Below are positions 44,660-52,416 of a stretch of DNA of 64,000 nucleotides, one piece after another. The first letter of the stretch is position 1; each line of letters begins with the position of its first letter. Below the pieces are notes generated by a model. The model was given only the letters and a program-made list of their open reading frames with translations, searched no databases and was not told the origin of the DNA. Made by a program: the position numbers and the translations under genes. Origin of the DNA: Nitrospirota bacterium (lineage in GTDB: Bacteria > Nitrospirota > Nitrospiria > 2-01-FULL-66-17); assembly GCA_016201825.1 (NCBI GenBank), contig JACQCD010000121.1, positions 1,753-65,752 on the forward strand, given 5' to 3'.

Positions 44660-45613
44660 ATGACGACGGGAAAACATTCTGGAGACAGAGGCGTAACTTG
44701 TCTTGCCGTACTTACACTGGGGACAATGATTTTGTCCTTGGGAGGCTGCGGAGCAGTCATTCCGGCAATCGGGGGGGAACACTTCCTGTATCGAAACCCC
44801 GACTATGGTTTTTCGATCACGCTTCCTCGTGGGTGGCAGCGAGACGAGCTGTTGTCGGCAGGGCTTACGGAAGGCGTGCGTCGTGAGCAAAAAGATGCAA
44901 TCGGCGTGGCCTTCTCGGACCCACGGCAAGCTGAACCGGGGAGGTTCTTTCTCGCTATCGAATTTCTCGCGCCGGATCTTCGCGGGCAAACAGAAGCCTG
45001 GCGGAGCGAGCGACTAAGGGAAGTCCGCCGGGAGGTGGAGGGCCATCCAGGTGACCACTTGTACAAGTCTTCTGAGGTAACGATCTCCGGGCATCCCGGA
45101 ATCCAATTTGTGGTATGTACCGCCGCTGATGGTCCGCAGGGTTGTCAGTTTTCCCGGCACATCACCGAACTTTTTACGCCTCAGGCTCTGATCAAAATTA
45201 GCTTCAACATTTTCAGCGGAACCCACCCCCAATATGCGAAATTGATTGAAGGGGTGCTCGCTACCGGTCGTGTAGAGTCTGTCCCGCGCCCCCTCCCAAC
45301 GCCACAATGTGTGAAGCGAGATGTTGAAGTAGTCGAAGATCAATGGGATCCAGGGGCAACCTTGGGCGGGAAAACTGATGTGAAGTGGAAGGTGGTTTTA
45401 AGAAACCTTACACCCTACCGGTGTTCAGTTACTGTGGGATATCAGTTGCTTGACGAGAGTAACCATCTGATATTTGAGGACCAGGATCCGGTTCCTCAGT
45501 CTATCGAGCCTCGAGAAAGTAACACATTTGAGACGCTTACCTCTGGGAGAATCAAGACGGAGCTTATACCCAAGGTGGCCTCTAGCCGAGTGGTCATAGT
45601 GAAGATTGAGTAA
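44660..45613 (+). CDS. hypothetical lipoprotein (low-GC gene)
   Basis: Lipobox ILSLGGC after MTTGKHSGDRGVTCLAVLTLGTM. No recognisable domain. Line 45181 hand-counts to 27/60 G+C. Confidence 0.6.
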   Translation: MTTGKHSGDRGVTCLAVLTLGTMILSLGGCGAVIPAIGGEHFLYRNPDYGFSITLPRGWQRDELLSAGLTEGVRREQKDAIGVAFSDPRQAEPGRFFLAIEFLAPDLRGQTEAWRSERLREVRREVEGHPGDHLYKSSEVTISGHPGIQFVVCTAADGPQGCQFSRHITELFTPQALIKISFNIFSGTHPQYAKLIEGVLATGRVESVPRPLPTPQCVKRDVEVVEDQWDPGATLGGKTDVKWKVVLRNLTPYRCSVTVGYQLLDESNHLIFEDQDPVPQSIEPRESNTFETLTSGRIKTELIPKVASSRVVIVKIE

Positions 45614-45772
45614 GGATGAAGACAACAGAGACAGTTCAACGTCACCCCGGCTGGTCGTAGGATACTCCGCAGGATCGGCGCTCTAAAGAACAGCGCGATC
45701 ACATTCGGGATCGCGTGACTACATCCTTGAGGTAGTCTGGAATCCCCTCAGCAGCCATTCCATCGTCGACGG

Positions 45773-46963
45773 TCATGTCAAGCCTGCGAGCGCCGCGATG
45801 AGCCGTCCCAGCGCCGGTCTTGAGGTCTCGGGGTCCGAGACCATGCTGAGGACGAGGTGTGTGGGGTCGAGGTCGTAGAAAAATCCGGGATGGACGAGGC
45901 AGCCGGTTGACCGCAGGAGGTGGAGCGCGAGGTCTTCGTCATCGGATGAGACCGGAGACGTGACTCGAACCGCGACGTAGAACCCTCCGAGTGGCGGCAC
46001 GAAGCGCAGCGTGGGGGCACCGGCCAGGGCCTGGAGCGTCGCATCCCGTCGGCGAGCGATCTCTGATCGGTATTCCCTCAAGAAGGCCTGCCCTTCCCTG
46101 AAGATCCCGGGCACGGCGGCTTGGACGATCTCGTTCACGGGCAGAAAGGCGTCCGACAGGGCTTCGAGCGCGGTCAGCACGGGTGCGACCAGGGCCTCGT
46201 CCCCGGACAGGGCCATCCAGCCGAGTTTGATGCCGGGCAAGGCGAAGAGTTTGGAGAAGCCATTCAGCGTGATCACCAACGGAGCACGCGTCTCGGCGGG
46301 TCTGGGCAGGGCGTCCATCCCCCAAAGAAATTCTCCGAAGACCTCGTCGACGATGATCGGCAACGCATGGCGTGAGGCGATCTCGGCGATGGTGGCGAGC
46401 TCGGCCGCCGACGCGACCGCCCCCGTCGGGTGGTGGGGTGAGACGAGGACGATCGCGCGCGTGCGAGGAGTGATCCGGGCTTCGAGATCGGCCAGTTCGA
46501 TCGCCCAGTCGCGCGATTCATCGAGCCGATAGGTGGTCACGCGCACGCCGGCCACCCGCGCGATCTCGTCGAAGAGCGGGTACGAGGGTCGGGGCGTGAG
46601 AATCTCGTCCCCCGGATCGCACAAGGCCGAAAACGCGTACCAGTACGCCAAGCTGGTTCCCGGAGTGAGGATGATCCGGTTGGTGGGAATGGCCAGGCCG
46701 TGCGAGCGGTAATACGCGCTGATCGCTTCACGCGCCTCCGGCTGCCCCAACGGATGCGGATGGTAGACGCGGGCCGCGCGCGTGGCATCGAGCAGGACAC
46801 GCTCCAAGGCCGCTTGGGGGTACCGGATGCCTTGTTCCGTCACGTTGCCGGAGATGAGATCGACCACCGGTTCGCCGCGGGCGAGTCGCGCGTCACGCTC
46901 GCGGTAGAGTCGATTGGTCTGAACCTGAAAGGTCGCGGCCAACCGGGAAAGCGGCGCGGTCAC
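45773..46963 (-). CDS. class I/II PLP-dependent aminotransferase
   Basis: 396 aa. …TPGTSLAYW…PHHPTGAV…NGFSKLFALPGIKLGW (PLP-Lys context). Confidence 0.85.
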   Translation of the reverse strand: MTAPLSRLAATFQVQTNRLYRERDARLARGEPVVDLISGNVTEQGIRYPQAALERVLLDATRAARVYHPHPLGQPEAREAISAYYRSHGLAIPTNRIILTPGTSLAYWYAFSALCDPGDEILTPRPSYPLFDEIARVAGVRVTTYRLDESRDWAIELADLEARITPRTRAIVLVSPHHPTGAVASAAELATIAEIASRHALPIIVDEVFGEFLWGMDALPRPAETRAPLVITLNGFSKLFALPGIKLGWMALSGDEALVAPVLTALEALSDAFLPVNEIVQAAVPGIFREGQAFLREYRSEIARRRDATLQALAGAPTLRFVPPLGGFYVAVRVTSPVSSDDEDLALHLLRSTGCLVHPGFFYDLDPTHLVLSMVSDPETSRPALGRLIAALAGLT

Positions 46964-46966
46964 AGC

Positions 46967-47968
46967 TCAATCATAGAAGTTTCTCGCCCACGCGTGGCTC
47001 TTTGCGCGTTCCATGTCGTCGGCTGACAACGGCGGCCCTAGCGAATAGCGGCAGTTGGCCTCGACGTGCTCGCGACGCCGCATTCCGGGAATGACGGTCG
47101 ACACCGAGGGCTCGCTCAGGACGCGGTGGCTCAAGACAAATTGCAGGGCCGCGTGCGCCAGCGACTCGATCCCGTCGCCCACCAGGAACTTCAGCGCCTC
47201 GGCCCGCCGCACGGTGTCCCCAAGCCGCTCGCCCTTGAAGTATTCGCGCCGCCAATCCCCTCGCGGGAAGACCGTATCCCCGCGAAGTATCCCGGTCAGG
47301 CCGCCTTCGTCAAAGGGGCACCGGGCGATGATACCGACGTGGTGCTCCTGCGCGAGTGGGAAGAGCCGCGTGGCCGGGCTCTGATCGAAGAGGTTGAAGA
47401 TGACCTGGAGCGCATCGACCCATCCCGAGCGGACCAGGTCGAGGGCGTCGTCGGGCTCGTGGTCATTCAGCGAGACGCCGAGGTAGCGGATCTTCCCGGC
47501 CAGTTGCAGATCGCGAAGCGTATCGATCCACTCGGTCTCGGCCAGCCAGGCGGGTGACCAGACGTGGAGCTGCTGAAGGTCGAGGAAGTCGCAGTCCAAG
47601 TTCCGGAGGCTTTTCTCGGTGCAGGTGATGATCCAGTCCTTGGGGAAGACCTCGCGGATCGGCGCGTCATGCCGGGCCGGCCACTCGCGGTTCTTCGGCG
47701 GGATCTTGGTCGCGATTGTGACGGTGCGCCGAAGGCCCTCGTCGCGGACCGTTTCGGCGATCAGCCGCTCACTGTGGCCGTCGCCGTAGGCGAGCGCCGT
47801 ATCGAAGAACGTGACCCCGAGCTGGAGCGCGTTTTTCAGGGCCGACTTCGCCACGGCGTCGTCCGGATTCCCCCACAGACCCCCGCCGATGCCCCACGCG
47901 CCGAACCCGAGTTCGGAGACTGTGAGGCCCGTGCGTCCGAGCGTCCGGCTGCGAATACGCGTGGTCAC
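46967..47968 (-). CDS. aldo/keto reductase
   Basis: RTLGRTGLTVSELGFGAWGIGG…FFDTALAYGDGHSE…. Confidence 0.9.
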   Translation of the reverse strand: MTTRIRSRTLGRTGLTVSELGFGAWGIGGGLWGNPDDAVAKSALKNALQLGVTFFDTALAYGDGHSERLIAETVRDEGLRRTVTIATKIPPKNREWPARHDAPIREVFPKDWIITCTEKSLRNLDCDFLDLQQLHVWSPAWLAETEWIDTLRDLQLAGKIRYLGVSLNDHEPDDALDLVRSGWVDALQVIFNLFDQSPATRLFPLAQEHHVGIIARCPFDEGGLTGILRGDTVFPRGDWRREYFKGERLGDTVRRAEALKFLVGDGIESLAHAALQFVLSHRVLSEPSVSTVIPGMRRREHVEANCRYSLGPPLSADDMERAKSHAWARNFYD

Positions 47969-48063
47969 ACGGGCAGAATATCAGGCCGGGCTGAGAGGGG
48001 TCAATCGACGACCGCGGCGTCGACGCGCTGGTCGAGCGGGCGTGGCTGTGATAGCATGGCGGC

Positions 48064-48303
48064 ATGGCGAACGTGCAAATCTACACGACCGATTACTGCC
48101 ATTACTGCCGCGTCGCGAAGTCCTTGTTGGATGAGCAGGGCATTCCGTACGAGGAGATCAATATCTCGAAGACGCCGGAGATGCGCGATGTCCTGGTCGA
48201 GAAGACCGGGGAATGGACGGTGCCGCAGATCTTCGTCAACGGCGAGTACATCGGCCAGGACGATGAGCTACGCGAATGGCTTACATCCGGCCGCCTGAAG
48301 TAG
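48064..48303 (+). CDS. grxC: glutaredoxin (GrxC-like, CHYC active site)
   Basis: VQIYTTDYCHYCRVAKSLLD…TVPQIFVNGEYIGQDD. Confidence 0.85.
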   Translation: MANVQIYTTDYCHYCRVAKSLLDEQGIPYEEINISKTPEMRDVLVEKTGEWTVPQIFVNGEYIGQDDELREWLTSGRLK

Positions 48304-48316
48304 AGCCTCCCCTGTC

Positions 48317-48994
48317 GTGACGCGCTCCGCCCCGACCGACCCTCCGATCGAAATCGAAACGGCGCCGCAACCGACGGCGAGCGTGATCTGGCTGCACGGG
48401 CTGGGCGCCGACGGCCACGATTTCGAGCCGATCGTGCCGGAGCTGCGGTTGCCGCGCGAGCTGGCCGTGCGGTTCATCTTTCCCCACGCTCCGCACCGCC
48501 CCGTGACGATCAACGGCGGCTCCGTGATGCGCGCGTGGTACGACATCCGCACGGCCGAGTTCGTGCGGCGGGAGGACGAGGCGGGTATCCGCGAGTCCGA
48601 GCAGGTTGTCCGAGCGTTGATCGCCCGTGAGCAGGCGCGCGGGATCCCGTGTCGGCGCATCGTCCTCGCGGGGTTCTCCCAGGGCGGCGCGATCGCGCTG
48701 CACACCGGTGTGCGGTATCCCGAAGGCCTTGCCGGGCTCATGGCGCTTTCAACCTATCTGCCGCTGGCCGACCTGTTCAGCGCCGAGGCGCATCCCGCCA
48801 ACACGGCCGTTCCCGTCTTCATGGCCCATGGCGTCGAAGATCCCCTCATCCCGCTCGAACGCGGCCAGGAGTCCGCCAATCTGCTCAAGCGCGCGGGGGC
48901 CGACGTGGAGTGGCGAACCTATGAGATGGGGCACTCGGTGTGCCTCGATGAAATCGCCGACGTGGCCGCCTGGTTGATCCGCACGCTGCGGTAA
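48317..48994 (+). CDS. alpha/beta-hydrolase carboxylesterase/phospholipase
   Basis: VIWLHGLGADG…LAGFSQGGA (GxSxG)…MAHGVEDPLIP. Confidence 0.82.
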   Translation: MTRSAPTDPPIEIETAPQPTASVIWLHGLGADGHDFEPIVPELRLPRELAVRFIFPHAPHRPVTINGGSVMRAWYDIRTAEFVRREDEAGIRESEQVVRALIAREQARGIPCRRIVLAGFSQGGAIALHTGVRYPEGLAGLMALSTYLPLADLFSAEAHPANTAVPVFMAHGVEDPLIPLERGQESANLLKRAGADVEWRTYEMGHSVCLDEIADVAAWLIRTLR

Positions 48995-49029
48995 CCCGCT
49001 CTTCCCCGCCGGAATCATCTGCCGCCCCG

Positions 49030-49058
49030 TTGCCCTTGGAGGGCAAACCATATATGAT
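49030..49058 (+). promoter_or_regulatory. candidate promoter TTGCCC-N17-TATGAT for the seven-gene cytochrome operon
   Basis: TTGCCC at 49030-49035 and TATGAT at 49053-49058. The -35 overlaps a 6-bp hairpin (TTGCCC/GGGCAA), so this is ambiguous with a terminator for the esterase gene. Confidence 0.35.
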
Positions 49059-49190
49059 GGGCCGGTTTGACGGCTGGCCGATCGCGCCATGCTACCGCGA
49101 CGGGATATCAACGGGGCGCGCGAGCGCTCCCGGTGTGTCAGGTCGCGTGTCACCCCGCCGGTTCTCGGCGGGTTTCGCGACGGTGGAGGG

Positions 49191-51575
49191 ATGTCAATCA
49201 TGGCTCGCCATCGGTTGGACGTGGTCATCGCGGGGGCGGGCCCGGCCGGTTTGAGTGCGGCCGGCCACGCCCAGGCCAACGGCGTGTCTTACGTCCTGCT
49301 TGAGAAGACCGACCACCTCGCCGATACCGTCTTTAGCTACCAGAAACGCAAACACGTCATGTCCGAGCCGGGGCTCATCCCGCTTCGGGGGCCGCTGGCG
49401 TTTGAGGCGGGCACGCGTGAGTCCATCCTCGACGGGTGGAACCGGTTCGCGACGCAGGGCCGGTTGAACGTGTGTTACAGCCAACCCGTCACCGGGATCG
49501 TGTCACGCGACGGCGGATTCCTGGTCAACACCCCGACCGATGAGTACGAAGCGGGGAAGGTGATCCTGTCGATCGGCACGCAAGGCAACCCCCGCAAGCT
49601 CGGCGCGCCGGGCGAAGACCTCCCGCACATCACGAGCCGTCTCATCGACCCGGATGCGTTTGCCGATCAGGACATCGTGGTGGTCGGCGGCGGCGACGCG
49701 GCGATCGAGGTCGCCGTGGCGCTGTGCGAAAAGAATCGGGTCAGCATGGTGGTACGAACGCCCGAGTTCATCCGTGTGAAGGAGGCGCTCGAGCGCGAGG
49801 TGCTGGGCCGGGAGCGGGCCGGCCAGATGAAGATTTTTTACAACTCGGCGGTGAAGCGGGTCGAGCCCGGCTCGATCGAGCTCAAGACGCCGGACCGCGA
49901 CGTGGTCGTGCCGGCCGCCCACGTGATTCTCAAGATCGGCACGCAGCCGCCGCGGGCGTTCTTGGAAACCCTCGGGGTGCGGTTCCCCTCGGCGGATCGC
50001 GAAGCCCAGCCCGTCCTCAATCAGTATTACGAGTCGAGCGTGCCGGGGTTGTTCCTCATCGGCGCCGTCAGCGGGCGGCCGCTGATCAAGCTCGGCATCA
50101 ACCAGGGGTACGAGGTCATCGAGCACCTGTTGGGGCGGCCCGTCGAGCCGGCCGACGAGGACCTGCTCAAGGCCAAGCTGCCGTTCCTCCGCGGAACGGC
50201 GCGGGAGCGCATTCGCCGCGCGGCGAACGGGGTGCCGATCCTGGCCGCCGCGGACGACGAGTCGCTGCGCGAGGTGTTCCTCGCCGCCACCGTGCGGTCC
50301 TGCCGCCACGGCGAGGTGATTTTTCGGCAGAACGACTACACCGACAGCTTCCTCGCGATCCTCGACGGCCCGGTCGACATCTCCGTGGCCGCGGACGACG
50401 GCGCCGCGCGCCGGGTGGCCACGTTGTCGGCGGGGAGCTTCTTCGGCGAAATGAGCCTGATTTCCGGGCGCCGGCGGTCGGCCACGGCCACGTCGGTGGG
50501 CGAGACCCGGCTTCTCGAGATCCCGCGCAAGCCGATGCTCAAATTGGTCTACACCTCGCCCGCGGTGAGCGAGATTCTCAACCGCACGTACCTGATTCGC
50601 GCGTTTCAGAGCTATCTATTTCCTCAGGCGACCGACAACGAGTTGCGCGATCTGGCCATGACGGCGGTGGCACAGAAGCTCGAGAAGAACACGGCGGTGT
50701 TCCGCGAGGGGGAGCCGGGCGACGCGTTCTACCTGATTCGCAGCGGGATGGTGAAGATCGCCAAGGCGTCGGGCGTGAAGGAGCTGGTGTTGGCGTACCT
50801 TCCGGCGGGGCAGTACTTCGGTGAGATGGCGCTGCTCTCGGGCGAGCCGCGCAGCGCGACGGTCACGGCGATTTTCCCCACCGAGCTGATCCGCCTCGGC
50901 AAAGACGACTTCTTGCGGTTCTTGGAGGCCCGCCGCGAGTTGAAGGAGCGGATCGCGCGCGAGGCCGAGCGGCGCCGGTTGGCGACGCTCGAGGCCCAGG
51001 CGGGGACCGAGGGAGGCGGCGTGCTGGGCGAGTTGATCCGCGAGGAGGTCGTGATCGGGACCGACGTCCTTTTGATCGACGAGCATCGGTGTGTACGCTG
51101 CAACAATTGCGTCAAAGCCTGCGAGGGCGTCCACGAGGACGGTCAGGCGCGCCTCTCCCTGACCGGGACCACGTTCTACAACCTCCTGGTCCCGAACTCG
51201 TGCCGCCACTGCGAGAACCCGCTGTGCATGACCGACTGTCCCCCCGACGCGATCGCGCGCGACCCGCGCGGGGAGGTGTACATCAAGAACAACTGCATCG
51301 GGTGCGGCAACTGTGCGAAGAATTGTCCCTACGGCAACATCTTCATGGTCCATCCCAAGGCTCAGCACGGAATCCTGGGCTGGCTCAAGGCCCTCTGGCC
51401 GGGGGCCGGTGAAGAATCGGGACGATCGGTCGCCGTGAAGTGCGACCTGTGCCGGGACATCGCGGGCGGGCCGGCGTGTGTGCGGAGCTGCCCCACCGGC
51501 GCCGCGATCCGGCTCAAGCCCGAGGAATCCCGGCGGCAGATCGAGCGCCTTGTCGCGCGCGGGAGCGGCGCCTGA
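49191..51575 (+). CDS. fusion protein: TrxR-type FAD/NAD(P)H oxidoreductase (no CxxC) + two cyclic-nucleotide-binding domains + 4x[4Fe-4S] ferredoxin module
   Basis: RBS GGAGGG. VVIAGAGPAGLSAA and VVVGGGDAAIEVA. Two cNMP motifs FFGEMSLISGRRRSATA and YFGEMALLSGEPRSATV. Cys clusters CVRCNNCVKAC, CRHCENPLCMTDCP, CIGCGNCAKNCP, CDLCRD…CVRSCP. No signal peptide. Confidence 0.82.
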   Translation: MSIMARHRLDVVIAGAGPAGLSAAGHAQANGVSYVLLEKTDHLADTVFSYQKRKHVMSEPGLIPLRGPLAFEAGTRESILDGWNRFATQGRLNVCYSQPVTGIVSRDGGFLVNTPTDEYEAGKVILSIGTQGNPRKLGAPGEDLPHITSRLIDPDAFADQDIVVVGGGDAAIEVAVALCEKNRVSMVVRTPEFIRVKEALEREVLGRERAGQMKIFYNSAVKRVEPGSIELKTPDRDVVVPAAHVILKIGTQPPRAFLETLGVRFPSADREAQPVLNQYYESSVPGLFLIGAVSGRPLIKLGINQGYEVIEHLLGRPVEPADEDLLKAKLPFLRGTARERIRRAANGVPILAAADDESLREVFLAATVRSCRHGEVIFRQNDYTDSFLAILDGPVDISVAADDGAARRVATLSAGSFFGEMSLISGRRRSATATSVGETRLLEIPRKPMLKLVYTSPAVSEILNRTYLIRAFQSYLFPQATDNELRDLAMTAVAQKLEKNTAVFREGEPGDAFYLIRSGMVKIAKASGVKELVLAYLPAGQYFGEMALLSGEPRSATVTAIFPTELIRLGKDDFLRFLEARRELKERIAREAERRRLATLEAQAGTEGGGVLGELIREEVVIGTDVLLIDEHRCVRCNNCVKACEGVHEDGQARLSLTGTTFYNLLVPNSCRHCENPLCMTDCPPDAIARDPRGEVYIKNNCIGCGNCAKNCPYGNIFMVHPKAQHGILGWLKALWPGAGEESGRSVAVKCDLCRDIAGGPACVRSCPTGAAIRLKPEESRRQIERLVARGSGA

Positions 51576-52408
51576 TGTTGTTGGCCACGCCCCTGAGCGC
51601 GCGGTGGCGCCGCATATCCTGGTGGCTGCTCGTCCTGCTGACGGCGGCGTATGTGTGGGCCGCCTATCCGGACGCCGCGCACGGAGGATCCCGAGTCGGC
51701 ATCGCGTACGGGATCATCGGCTCGGCGCTCATCCTGCTCCTCCTCGCGTTCGGGATTCGCAAGCGGCGGTATCGAAGCCGGCTCGGCCGCGTCGAATCGT
51801 GGCTGCAGTCCCACGTCTACCTCGGCCTCCTCGTGGTGGTCGTCATTCTGCTGCACTCCGGCTTTCGCTTCCACGACCTGATCGCCGTGACGGCGTTCGC
51901 GCTTCTGGGCGTGGTCGTGGCGAGCGGCGTGGTCGGCGCCGTCGCGTACACGCTCGTGCCGGCGTGGCTGACCGAGGCCGAGAGCAACCTCACGCCGCAG
52001 CAGATCTCCGACCGGCTCAACCAGCTCGCCCAGTCGATGGGACGTCTGGCGTCGGGGAAGTCCGCCCCGTTCCGCGCGACCTGCACGCGCCTGCTCCGCG
52101 CGGAGCGGCCGGGCTGGTTTGCGGGGTGGCGCGTCGTCTGGTCCCGCGGCGCCGGTTCGCCGACGGGCGAGCTGGGCGGCGCGTGGCAGGCGCTTCGCGA
52201 CCAGGTCGGGCTCGAGGAGCGGGGAGATTTTGACGCGCTGCTCGTGCTGTCGCGCCAGCGACAGGACCTGCACCGGCGGTTGATCGCCCGGCAGCGGTAC
52301 AAGAACCTGATCGAGGCGTGGTTATACCTCCACGTCCCGCTGTCCGTTGCGATGCTCGTGGCCATTGCGGCGCACGTCACGGCGTTCTTCTACTACGTGG
52401 CGCCGTAG
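51575..52408 (+). CDS. 5-TM membrane protein with two H-x13-H pairs (candidate di-heme b transmembrane electron carrier)
   Basis: The ATG overlaps the previous stop (TGATG). H80/H94 in TM3 (SHVYLGLLVVVVILLHS, nt 51812 and 51854). H253/H267 in TM5 (LHVPLSVAMLVAIAAHV, nt 52331 and 52373). The Arg-rich loops fit positive-inside topology. Confidence 0.7.
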   Translation: MLLATPLSARWRRISWWLLVLLTAAYVWAAYPDAAHGGSRVGIAYGIIGSALILLLLAFGIRKRRYRSRLGRVESWLQSHVYLGLLVVVVILLHSGFRFHDLIAVTAFALLGVVVASGVVGAVAYTLVPAWLTEAESNLTPQQISDRLNQLAQSMGRLASGKSAPFRATCTRLLRAERPGWFAGWRVVWSRGAGSPTGELGGAWQALRDQVGLEERGDFDALLVLSRQRQDLHRRLIARQRYKNLIEAWLYLHVPLSVAMLVAIAAHVTAFFYYVAP

Positions 52409-52416
52409 GGTCCGAC

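Noticed and set aside
49089-49190. 34-codon N-terminal extension of the flavo-FeS fusion ORF
   Set aside because: It is Arg-rich. A GGAGGG RBS precedes the ATG at 49191, which sits about ten codons ahead of the Rossmann GxGxxG motif, typical spacing for a flavoprotein N-terminus.
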